Below are positions 52,693 to 64,000 of a stretch of 64,000 nt of DNA, piece after piece. The stretch is from positions 31,312,001 through 31,376,000 of the forward strand of contig NC_045696.1 in the NCBI RefSeq assembly GCF_009834535.1, given 5' to 3'. The notes beneath the pieces were generated by a model. That model searched no databases and was not told the DNA's origin. It was given only the letters and a program-made list of their open reading frames with translations. Position numbers and translations under genes: made by a program. Position 1 is the stretch's first letter. Each line of letters opens with the position of its first letter. The DNA comes from Camelus ferus. Taxonomy: Eukaryota.

Positions 52693-53499
52693 TGATTTCT
52701 ATTCATCTTATCTTTTAGATTTTTTAACCCCAAAGGGGTTTTTGTCTTTGCATCTCTTAGTTGATCTGACTTCCTGTAACCTTACACAAACACATACACA
52801 CATACACACACACATTCACACATCTGAGAAGATTGTTCTATTACAAGAAATGTTCAACTAAAATTCAAGAAACTCTGGGTATATGTAGAAGTAGTAAGAG
52901 TCGGCAAAATGAAAAAGTAACTCAATACTAGAGCATCCTAGTATTTCAAGAATTTTGGCAGACTTAAAAAATATTGTCAAATTATTATCCAGGGCTTTGA
53001 ACTAGAAGGTTTTTAGCTTTCAGAAGGCTTTAATGGGAAGAATCAACCATCATTCACTGAAATAGATAAAACTATAAAGCTAAAGTAAAAAAAGTAAAAT
53101 TGATTTTTAAAGATCATGAAGAAAAGCACTCTATCCATGTAAGAATTTTCAGATGGAGAAAAATGTTTCAGAAATTACCAAATGCCTAAAAAGACTCAGG
53201 CATTTGAGAGCAAGGATGAGGAAATGATTGAAAGCTCTAGAACTGAATGCTCCCAGGGAACATTAAACTTGCAATTCTATGCAAATACATTTTAGCTGTT
53301 CCTCTTTTAGCAGACACTGAGAAGACAGATTTTTTTTCCAGAGATTTATAAAGTAGAAGATCAAATTTGATTTCCTCCAGATTTCTCAACAGTGAAAAAA
53401 CCTAATGTTAACAGTTACAAAATAAATACAGACTTTAAAGGATTTTATTTATATATATATTTTGAAAGAATCAGCAATGAAACATCCTAGCATGATAAT

Positions 53500-53725
53500 A
53501 ATCATTCATTCATTTAATCAAAATATATTGAGGATATATGACATACCTAATATTGTTCTAGTTGCTGAGGATGCATGAATATACAAAATTCGAAGTCCTA
53601 CCACTCATGGAGCTTACATTTTATTGGATGAAGATAGGAAAATGCATAAATAAATACATAACATTACAGACGGTGGTCTGTGGATGAAGTAAAGCAAAAC
53701 AATGTAAGGCAAGAGAGAGAGATAA
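53500..53725 (-). mobile_element. L2 3' end
   Basis: TCATTCATTCATTTAATCAAAATATATTGAG...CTCATGGAGCTTACATTTTATTGG. Confidence 0.82.
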
Positions 53726-53922
53726 GAGAGTTAGATGGTTACATTAGTCAAAGAAGCTAGATACCCTATCAACAAATGACTAGTAGTATATTTCAGTAGC
53801 TCAAAGGAAAACTAGCTAATTAGTGCTCTCACTTAAATTCCCATATAGATAGTACCCTCATGTCTATTCTTATAGCAAATACGTGGTGTTTCAAGTCACT
53901 GAGTTTACAGTAATACTGTTAC

Positions 53923-54417
53923 TGTCAAAGAGCAATTGTAAAAGACATCTGTTAAAAATAAGGAAGATCTTATTCAAGACTACTGCAATAGAAGAAAGAG
54001 ACTGAACTCAATTCTGCTGAAATAAGAGACAAGAAGTTATTTAAACTCCAGAGTTAGCTGATGGAAAAGCATGGAAAAACATTAGGAGGAAGGTTGATCA
54101 AGGTGATAAGGCCATCTGCCATATGTTTGCTGACTGGCATTTATGGAAGTGAGGCTCCTACCTTCAACAGAGACTAGGTGATAGAGGTGCTATCTTTCTT
54201 AATGATTACATTTCAAAGGGATGGCTCTCAGGTCTTTGAAAAAGACATTCCTGGGTGTAGAAGATTTATACTTAAAGGGTAAAGAAAGAATTTTCAATTG
54301 CCAACTTTTCTAAAGTAAGTGCTCTAAGAAAAGGGAGGCCGTCAAAGGCCTCTAGGCAGTAAGAAACCTGTCTAAAGTTTGGTAAAATTGAAGGGAACAT
54401 GAAGGCTATCTTGGTCA
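53923..54417 (-). mobile_element. ERV1 (MER31/MER67-like) solo LTR with 4-bp TSD, nested in an older MaLR-type LTR end
   Basis: TG...CA termini. TTAC at 53919-53922 and 54418-54421. Host rejoins as AAGTCACTGAGTTTACAGTAATACTGTTAC|ATAGCAACAGATTATTAATA. Confidence 0.85.
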
Positions 54418-56944
54418 TTACATAGCAACAGATTATTAATATATTAGCTTCCAGATATCATCATGTAATATAGCCTATCTACTTCCCATTGAAGTGTTCT
54501 TCTATCTATCCTGTCCCAGATGAGTCACAACACAAAGAAGAAAAGTTGCCTTTTATGTACCATCTCTAGATGTTAAAAATGGCATCAAATCATCAGCCAA
54601 GTGGGGCCTGATCATAACATACACCATAAGCTTCTGATGAATAAGGTACCCACAGATGTACCTACCTAACTTGGCCTTCTAGAGATCCTGGCCACTGATC
54701 TTAACATACATCAGATTCCATGATGACTAAAATATCCAGCAGTCTTTCTTGGGTGAGATTCCATGCCATCTCAGCATTGTTACCTTAGAACAATTATTTT
54801 ATTAGTTCAATTACCTATGACTTAATTTTCCTCTAAAGTTTAATGCCTCCAGGGTTTCTTGGGAGAGAATTCCTGCTAGGATCTTTATTTGGATCTGCAA
54901 GTCTATTTCATGATTATGAAGAGCCTCTCAGAATGTTATTTTAGATTGATTCAGACCCTTAGAGCAGCTCCTAAAATCCTTTCAGAGCATAGCATAGCAC
55001 GCATAGCAGGGTCAGGGTTGATCAAGCCATCACACATGTTGTCATTACATATTACTGGTATTTATGCACCCAAAAATATTGTGTGTCCCATGAGCCCATT
55101 ATACTATATCTTCTGCCATCAAATACAATTCCCATATAAACTTCCTATAAACTTTCTTTGTCAACCTTAATAGCGGTGATTTTGGTAATATACAGCAACC
55201 AAATAATATACAAATTCTTATCTCTTAATGCCATCTTAATTTAATTTCCACTCTCCTTAAATAGTTTCTATCTAAATTCACATTTAGTATAATCAGAGGA
55301 GTAAACTAAGCTGTGATATTAGTCACATGGCAGTAATCTTTTTTCTCATTATATTAAGGTATCATCATGGATTGTGTCTCCAAAGGATGCAGAAGCTCTG
55401 CTAGTCAGAATTCTCCACCCAGCATCAAGTTATCTGAAAATTAGTCACAATGGTAATAAACCCTATAAAGCACAATCTGATGGTTAACTGTTTCTGGCTA
55501 CCCTGAAGTTGAGTCACTAGGACACAAAACATCATTTTATTCCCCCAGATTATCCAAGGGTAGTATTTAGGCAGACCTCATGAATCAGGGAGAAATCTAA
55601 TTATCCTTCTGTGAATATTTCATAGGTTTCTATAAGGGTTTTCTCCCAACATCAGTACCAGATCTGAAAGAAATAGTGGACAGGATTATTCTCTAGGTCT
55701 GAGATACCTTCAAGAAAATGGTATGATTGACTTCATTCCTAGCACTCTGACCCACTTATAGGCATTACTCCTTTTTGCAATACTCCTCTGTTCCCATGTA
55801 TCATCTCTTTGATCCACACCACTCTCCTTACTCAGGCTTTCTCTTGGTTCAGCTGTACTATTTACCATAGGGCAGAAACTATGAAAAACTGACCCACTTG
55901 AGATGGATGCCAACTGGTATGTCTGGTTAAAAAAAAGTCATAGAACTGTCTCTGTTGATGGTGATGGAGTTGCAGTCACACAATTTGGCTACATGGGGTG
56001 AATTGATGATACATTCTGCAGTACATTTAGGAATAGGAGCTGTCAAATGGAATGGCAAAGTAGCATGTCTTGTGCATTTATATCAACTCTGTGGGATATA
56101 CACAAGTCCACCAGGGCCTGAGACTACAAAAATCAAAATCAAAGAAAAAAATGTTGAGGTGGGAAAGATAGAAAGTTCTGTGCTTTCATCCTCCTCCATT
56201 CTTCATTCTCATGTTTGGTCTTTGAAATCTTTCAGTAAAGGCCCCAGCTTACTTACTTTCACATGTGACATGAGAACACAATCATTTAAATAACTAATCC
56301 ATACTTTTAAAAGTTTTGATCAAACATTTAGAGTAACAGGTGCTTCAGTCACTCACTTTAATTTTAAATGAGATCAGTGCTCTGAGGGTGTGGTAGGAAT
56401 ATGGTTCTCTATACTGTTCCCTTTCCTTTTTTGTTGTATTTTGGTACATTAGTAGCAATGACATGTACAAATATGATTAGAAGAAATATGTTCAGGTAGT
56501 CTGAATTGATAGAAAATTTGCTCTCTCAAACTTTTACTTCTGTTACAAGATAAGTAAAGCATAAAGTAGAATATGTGTCAATCCCAGTTAATAACAATAT
56601 TCAGAGACTATTGCCATAGGTCCATGAGGCTACTGGTATAGGGCCAATATAATCCACCTGTTAGATATGGTAGAACTCTTGACTCTGCAGAGTTACTCCT
56701 CAAGCTATTTTCAAATTTCTCTCCCACTGAAAATGGTATAATTTCTTTTCCTCATAGCAGTTTCATAGGATGTCGGGATAATGTGTGTTTTCTCTGTCCA
56801 TCAGTGCATGGTGTGAGTATCTGAATTTCTGAACATTTCATATACCTAGGGAGAAAGCCTTGGAGGCCTGACAAAGACATCTCCCTTAGCATTCTCATCC
56901 CTTTCTGAGATGGCAACTGATTTCTGTTTTTGATCATTTGTCTG

Positions 56945-57016
56945 TTGTGTTGTGTGTGTGTTGGTTGTGTGCACACGAACACACACAACCATATACACAC
57001 AACCACACACACACAA
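56945..57016. repeat. Opposed (TG)n/(CA)n degenerate microsatellite
   Basis: TTGTGTTGTGTGTGTGTTGGTTGTGTGCACACGAACACACACAACC... Confidence 0.85.
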
Positions 57017-57987
57017 GGCTGTCTACATGAACCACTTTCATTCTTTCTGTATATTCCTACAGAAGCTTCCATTAGTGAGAATCCCATAGAATGGTGTTTT
57101 TATTGTCTAGCCATCTAGGATTCTGTTTGCCTGTCCATATTGCAAGGCCATTAGCTAATGCCCAACAGTCTGTAAATATTCAAACAGTGCCCTAAGCACC
57201 CAAGCCTAATTTCTCTTCTACCAGGAAATAAACAACTCTCAGCTCTGACCTTCTGTCACTAAGATTTTACCATCTGCAGGGTATATTGCAGATGATTTCC
57301 AATCAACAATGAAACCCTCAGTTGGGAACCTGGAAGTCTGTTTTGCCTCAGTTAAGGAGAATGATATTGTTCAGCCTGTGTACCAATGAGGGCAGGAAAG
57401 TCCTTGGAGTGCTATATACTCAGTCTTACAGGCAGTGAATTAATCTTCTCCTGAACAAGGTGGATTCCTTTGAACTCTCCCTGGTTAGTATGCCTAAGAA
57501 TACATTTCCATCTTACGAGTAATCTTTGCTGGGCTTCTCCTTCTATATTTGAATATCTGTCTTATCTATAGCACCCTTTTCATGATCAGTATTTCTGGCT
57601 CCCAGATTATCTGATGTTCTTTTATGGTTAAGGCAGTTTACACAAACATCCCATAACAAGGTAGTGAGTGTCTATTTAATGGGCTGTGAAAAGCAGCTGC
57701 ACAGGCTGCCTTTGAGTACAGAACTCCCGGGAATTTCACAGACTGGACTGACACTTCAATTTTAGTTGGATTTATGAGTTGGTCTATATTTGTAGTGACT
57801 ACAGTCCTTAACTCTTCCTGTGCTTCTTCCTCAGAGGAGGCAACTAATTATGTCATCCATGTAGTGCATTAAAATACTTTAAATGGTTACCAGGTCCAAA
57901 CCCTGTCTCACTAGATAATGGCAATTCAAATATCCCTATAGCAAAACAATAACTGTATACTAAATTTCAATCTAGAAGAATGCCACA

Positions 57988-58130
57988 TAGAGTCACCAGA
58001 TAAAATGCATTATTTGTACCATGCAATATCCAGGGCATACTTATATTTTGAAAAAAAAAGCCTTTAAAAAAATCTGAAGTTCACATTTAACTGGGCTCCT
58101 ACATTTTATATGTGAAATCTGGCAACCTTA
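57988..58130. mobile_element. MER53-type hAT MITE inserted in the ERV-L RT
   Basis: TIRs TAGAGTCACCAGATA / AATCTGGCAACCTTA. RT motifs continue on both sides. Confidence 0.8.
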
Positions 58131-58181
58131 CTGTTGTGCCTAGATGGACTCTAAATTTGAATGGGAATAAAGGCATTAGCC

Positions 58182-59070
58182 TGTGACCTGCCGCCCCCCT
58201 GGCTCATTGTACTTCCTACGGTGCCCACCCCATATGAAGTACAGATGAACCAAAGGAATCAATCACCTTGCTTAATTCTGTTAGTCTATTGCCAACCTCC
58301 TAGAGCCTTCTGTTTTGCATACTGACCACACAAGACTGATAAAAGGACTTCAAGGGGAATTAAAAATACCCCTTCAAACACTCCCTTAATCATAATAGTG
58401 ATTGCTCACTCCCCTCCAGGAATACTGTATTGCTTAACGTTTGTTGTACAGGAGAGATGGGACAAGTCGAATGTTTAGTTTGACCAATTAACTGCTTGAA
58501 GAACCAGACTGGTCTATGGAAATTTCAGGTCAGGGAAACATGACCCATTCACATACAATATCCACCCAAATTATTCACTCAGGTAGTCTATGCGACCACA
58601 GACTAATTTCTACAGTGCAACTGTACAATTTATTAATCAAGTTTCACTTAATTTCCTCTACCACACATCTCCATATGCTCCCAGCCTTCAGACCTATCAG
58701 AGTGCCATTTCTATCCATCAGAGGGATAATAAAACTATGAATTTTCATTTTATATAACTCTGTACAGACAAAACTTATTAAACTAACCTTTGTCTTCTCA
58801 GTTACTTCTTCATCATTTGCTAGCCCTGGCCTAAATCCTTTTGTACTGCCAATTCTTTATACATTTTTTTTTTTTTTTTTGGTCTAAAAGGTATAAAAAC
58901 TTCCTGCACTGGTCACTTCTTCAGATCTTCATTCTCCTATGAAGTCTCCTATGTGCGTATAACAATTTTATAAAATTTGTATGCTTTTGTCCTATTAATT
59001 GTTGTCAGTCTAATTTTCAGACCCAGCCATGGACCCTGAAAAGGCAGAGGAAAAATTTCTTCACCCCACA
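58182..59070 (+). mobile_element. ERV1 (MER34/MER39-like) LTR
   Basis: GGTATAAAAACTTCCTG TATA-like box, ATAAAATTTGTATGCTTTTGTCCTATTAAT...TTTCAGACCCAGCCATGGACCCT...CCCCACA end. The 5' boundary is uncertain. Confidence 0.72.
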
Positions 59071-60459
59071 AACACTATTATGTGCCAAGACTGTTCTAGT
59101 CAGTGGGCATATTGATGATTTTAGTTAAATATGGACATATACCTGTAATATATATGAAGGTAAAATTAAATTAATTTATATATTTTCTATATTTTTATGA
59201 TCACATATATGCTAAGATCTATAGTAAGACCAACTCTCTAGAAAATTTATGAGTATTTTATTGTTTTATTTTAAAAAGTAAGTTTTAAGATAGTTTCTCT
59301 ACATAAGTGTAACGTATAAAAATGTTGAGAAGATGTATGAAATGTTTTCAAACAGTTATTAAGTACTTAACACTTAGGAATCTTCTGACATGCCTAATTC
59401 AGGCATCTTATTAGATCTAGGGAGTACAAAAATAAATAAATTATGGTCTCTTGCCTAAAATATATAGTATTTCCAGAAATTTTGTCTAGGAAACTACTTT
59501 ATACAATCTAAATGACTAACAGCTGGGTACTAACTATCCATTATTTAATTATGCCCTTTATTCATTTAATTACACATATTGTTGGCAAACTTACTTGGGC
59601 AAAGGAGAAGATAAAGTAAGGCTAGAGAGTTAGGTAAAGACAAGATTATGTATGATCTTATTTCTCATGATTCATCCTAAGAACAACAGAAAACCATTAA
59701 TTGTGGAGAGAAGATGATGAAATATATATATTTCTAATAATAAGACTCATTATAGTCCACAAAACCAATTACATGTATAAAAACTGGATGCCGATAGATC
59801 TATATTGATTCCCGTGAACAAAATGGTTCAAAATTATGCTAACTGATTTCATCTCAAATTCCTGACCATAAATCTCAAGAGAGCCTTTGATGTTTCCGGG
59901 CATGCACACTACATGTCTCTAGCTACTGCCTATTCCACTCTTCTAGATGACTCTTTTAAGATTTCTCCCTTCTTCTCAAACCTGCAACATCCCCTATGCT
60001 AACTTAATTTTCAGCTGGTGACCTTGCTTCTTATTTCATTTTCAAGCAGAAGAGAACTTGCTCAAACTCCCGCTACCACATAACTTGCTCCCCGGCACAT
60101 GCACCCGTATTATCCACCTTCTCTCTTTATATTAAAGATGAACAGTTTGTGATTTAGGCTAAAGACAACTACTCCACTGTTTACCAGATTCTATTTGAGA
60201 AGCCACTGTTGCCTATCCAAGGACTTTAGTTCATCAAGCGTCTTCTCTCTGCCCTATTCATCAGCTTTTCAACTCTGCTGAATCATTTCTGTCAGCTTAC
60301 AAGCAAGATGCTCTGTCTCTCATCTTCCAACAACCCTCTTGAGGTTTCACTGTTTTTAAAAATATAGAATAATTTCTTAGAAGTCACTGACACTTGCTTT
60401 CTTTGATACCTCTCCTCCTATTCATTCTCTCTTTTATTTTAATATTAAATAAATTAGTT

Positions 60460-61130
60460 GAGCTCTTTATTTTTAACCTTTTAATATGAAAATTACCAAA
60501 TATATAAAATTTTTGAGAGAATGAGACAATAAACTCACACATATACATCACCCAGTTTCACTGATTAATTCACAGACAATATTATTTTGTCTGTACCCCT
60601 ACTCTTTTTCCTCATTTTAAGTTATTCAAGTAATTTCTAGATATAATTATTCATAAACATTCCAGGATGTCTCTCTAAAAGATAAAGACTTTTTTAAAAA
60701 ACTCCAAATCAGCATTTCAAAACAAAGAAAAAATATTTCTTTAATATTAAAAAGCAGTCAGTATTCAAAGTTACCCAAATTTCTCACAAATGTGTTTCTT
60801 TCTAGTCTGTTTGACTTATCAATATCCAAGAAAGTAATTACCTTGTAATTGATTGTAAAGTTACATCTATTTTAGTCTATATGTTCTGCCTTCATCATAT
60901 TGTTTTTTTCCATTTATTTTCAAAATCACATTATTTTTTTCTACTGTCTGGTTTTTATATACATCAGCTGTATGGTGGTACTTAACACTTTCTCGATTTA
61001 GGTTTCATTTTTTTGCAGGACTACTTTACAGATGGTGTTGTGAACATCTGTTATGAGGTTCATAATCTGTGACTGGATTTGTTTTATAATAACTGCAAAG
61101 CGGTGCTCACTGCTTAGTTTTATTAATTCA
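60460..61130 (-). mobile_element. Old L1M 3' end nested in L2
   Basis: ATGAAAATTACCAAATATATAAAA...CATCACCCAGTTTCAC...TCTCTAAAAGATAAAGACTTTTTTAAAAA. Confidence 0.72.
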
Positions 61131-61629
61131 TTAGTCATCCTTTCTCTCTTTAATTTTACACCAATTACGTTTTTGACCTCACAACTACATCCAAACCATT
61201 CTCGTTGAAGTCACCAGAGACATCTATTACTAAGCACCATGGTAAATGTTCTGTCCACAACCTACTTTGACCCACTGGCAAAATCTGACACAGTTGTTGA
61301 GTCCTTCTCCTTAATAGGCTTTTATCACTGCCCTCCCAGGAAACCACACTCTCCCCTGGTTTTCCTCCTACTAACCAGACCACTCATTCTGTGTTCTCTG
61401 TTGGTTCCCTTTTTTCCAAACGTTATTTCCAGCATTTCTCAGTCCTTAGATATCCTCTTCTTTTTATTGATAATATGCTTATGGTTGTTACTGCATCTAG
61501 TCTCATGGATATAAATATCATATATTTAATTTAGATTTCCAGCATGGGTCTTTTCTCTGAAATTCTTCATTTTCAGCCTCTTCATTTGGATGACTAACAA
61601 ACACCTCTTACTTAACATGTTCATGATAA

Positions 61630-62515
61630 GTAATGGAATCCAGAATATATGAAGGATTCCTAACTCTCAACGTTATGACAAATGACTAGACCAAAAAAAT
61701 TTATACAATTTAAATATAAATATTTTTATATACATACATACATATATATATAGCTAATAAGCACAGGAAATGATATCCAACACCATTAGTCATCAAGAAA
61801 TAACAATTAAAATCATTAGATTCCACTATATGCCCACTAGAAAAAAGATAGACAATAACAAGTTTTAGGAAGGATTTTCAGAGACTGGGATTCTCCTACA
61901 TTGCTGATAAGAAAGCAAAATGGTACAAGCACTCTGGAGAACAATTTCTCTAAAAAGTAAAAGATACACCTAACATACAATCCAGTCATTCCATTCCCAG
62001 ACATTTATGCAAGAAAAATGAAAATATATGCCCAGTAAAACTATTTATATTTGAATATTCATAGCAGCTTTATTCTTAATAAACTAAAATTAGAAATAAC
62101 ACAAATTTCTATCAATTAGTGAATGAATAAATAAATTATAGTATACAGAAATATGGTATCATTCAGCAATAAAAATAATCTACTGATACACACAGCAACA
62201 AGGTAGACGGACCCCAAAATGTTATGCAGAACAAAAGAAATAAGATCTCAAAATGGCATACTGTATACTCTCATTAACATGAAATTACAGAACAAACTTG
62301 TACCAGAAAACAAATTAAACAAATTAGTGTTTGCATATGGAAGGGCAGATTGACTACAAAAGAGCTTAATAGAAATTTTGGAGGTGGTGGAAATGTTCTA
62401 TATTTTGATTTTTTTGACTACACAATGTATATATTTTTGAAGCTCATTGAACATCACACTTATGGTGACTGTGTGCAGCCATATGTGTGTAAATTATACC
62501 TGAATAAAGTTGATC
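61630..62515 (+). mobile_element. L1M ORF2 end and 3' UTR nested in L2
   Basis: CAACACCATTAGTCATCAAGAAATAACAATTAAAA...ATTCATAGCAGCTTTATTC...AAATTATACCTGAATAAAGTTG. Confidence 0.85.
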
Positions 62516-62671
62516 AAGACCTTGAATTTGAATATTTCACTGCCATCTATACTACTTTCCAGTCTAACAATCATTTCTCTAATCCAGATTGTTTTAGCCT
62601 ACATCTGCTCTGCCTCCCCTACCTTTGTCCCCCTAAAGCATATTCTCAACACAATTCCAGCAATCCTGTCG

Positions 62672-62890
62672 ATATTTACAGATACTAATACATATAAAAT
62701 AGATAAACAACAAGTTCATACTGTATAGTACAGGGAGCTATATTCATTATCTTGTAGTAACTTATGGTGAAAAAGAATATAAAAACGAATATATGTATGT
62801 ATACGTATAACTGAAGCATTATGCTGTACACCAGAAGTTGACACAACATTGTAAACTGACTATATTTCAATTAAAAAATATATATATATA
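62672..62890 (+). mobile_element. Younger L1 3' stub nested in L2
   Basis: Close match to the 46008 stub (GATACT...ATAAAATAGATAAACAAC...CACAACATTGTAAACTGACTATATTTCAATTAAAAA). No obvious TSD. Confidence 0.9.
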
Positions 62891-64000
62891 AAATGCAACT
62901 CAGATCATGTGACTTTTCTGCTCAGAGTCCACCCCTTATCCACCTTTCTCTCTGCCCTTATTTCCTAATATTTTTCTGTTTTCGCACTTTGCACCAGACA
63001 TATGGCTTCTTTGTTCTTCATTCCAAATGCCAGGCATGTTCTGCTTCATGATATTTTTCATCCTATGTTCTCTCTCAGCCCAGAGCACTTCCCTTAGATG
63101 TTCATACGGCTACTCCTAGAGCTTCATTCAAGTCTTTGCTTAAATTATGTATTTTCAGAGATACCTATCCAACAGCCTCATTTAAAATGCCAAGCCACAA
63201 GCCCATCATCACCACCCTACATCTCTTGTATTCTTTCCTATTTTATTTCCTCCATAAAACATAGCAAATTCTAATATGCTTGTAACTTGTGCATTATGTT
63301 TGTTTTCTCTCTTTCCCTTCTAATGAAAGCTTCTTGAGGATATGACATTCTATTCACTGCTATAACTTCATAACCTAGAAGAGAACCTAAAGATAAAAGC
63401 CAATAATAGAATCTTTAAATGTATAAGAGAAAGCAGGTTACTGCAGATTACTTACAGCAATACATTCGGATTAATACAATATTTACAGTGTGATGCAAAA
63501 ATGTATGTAACGGTTTTACTTTTGAAATAAGGATTTTTGGTATACATGAAGATTTCATAGTTATGAACCTACAATATTTATATAAATTATAATCCTCTTA
63601 AAATACAGAACAAGTAATTCAAAATGTAAAAATACAGAAGCCAAATATCACCCAAAACCCCAACTTCCACATTTTTTCTACAATAGCATAGATGGAGAAA
63701 TTTTACCTCATCTTTCCCCTGAAGGGCGACTTACATTTTTGATTTTTGTATAGGTTGTCTGAAAAATTCATGTTAGAAATTCAATAACTGAAACAGATTG
63801 TTTTGATGGTAATTGATTTAATGTTTTCTCTTATAGATACTATGCCCTTTCAGTCCATGTATTTTATTCTTCCTTTGATTACTGGGACTTACGGATTTTT
63901 GAATTCTAACTCTCAACACGTGTTCTTTCTCCTTTCTTCAGTTATTTTATTTCAACAATGACAGTCTTGTGTTACATTATCCTTACCATTCAGAACTGTT

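Larger units (their letters stand above)
54470..58181 (-). mobile_element. Class III (ERV-L-like) internal fossil: RT, RNase H, integrase, plus unassigned 3' sequence
   Basis: Minus-strand motifs in order: ANAFIPI, YTVIVLL*GYLN, CHYLVRQGLD, HYMDDII (YMDD at 57863-57852), INPTKIEVSVQSVKFPG, AQQRLLVRWKCI, IFTDCWALANGLAIW (RNase H), *QVDYIGPIP and LTGIDTYS (IN). The left boundary is uncertain. Confidence 0.88.
59800..63420 (+). mobile_element. Long L2 split by three nested L1 insertions
   Basis: Colinear L2 segments at 59800-60420 (GACCTTGCTTCTTATTTCA), 61130-61625, 62530-62670 and 62891-63420, ending in the L2 tail. Confidence 0.8.

Noticed and set aside
52840..53420. Coding-looking stretch (possible retrocopy or RTE/L4 relic)
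   Set aside because: Frames are broken and no motif is recognisable.
1..64000. The 60-137 aa ORFs in the ORF track as protein-coding genes
   Set aside because: They lie in transposon remnants (for example 34758, 36453, 49534) or are low-complexity chance ORFs in AT-rich DNA. None resembles a cellular protein I recognise.

Overview
AT-rich, CpG-depleted mammalian genomic DNA, most likely camelid (two copies of a tRNA-Ala-derived SINE matching the Tylopoda vic-1 type, plus short cetartiodactyl-type L1 3' stubs). I find no intact protein-coding gene, RNA gene, CpG island or prokaryotic system. The ORF track is explained by decayed transposon fragments and chance ORFs. The window is a layered transposon graveyard of L1 of several ages, L2, CR1/L3, MIR, MaLR/ERVL/ERV1 LTRs, ERV-L pol fossils and hAT/Tigger elements, with a few repeat-poor islands. 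The most unusual observations are: (i) a short L1 stub at 35.6 kb fused to a ~70-bp copy of apparently unique sequence from 11 kb away (24.58 kb); (ii) a 4.4-kb L1 whose tandemly repeated 5'UTR is joined directly to mid-ORF2; (iii) a possible ancient Gypsy gag relic at 10.9-12.0 kb; and (iv) a GC-box/G4 island plus strong minus-strand splice sites that could mark a non-coding transcript. Repeat family names come from recalled consensus motifs, not from a search, and boundaries are approximate unless TSDs are quoted.
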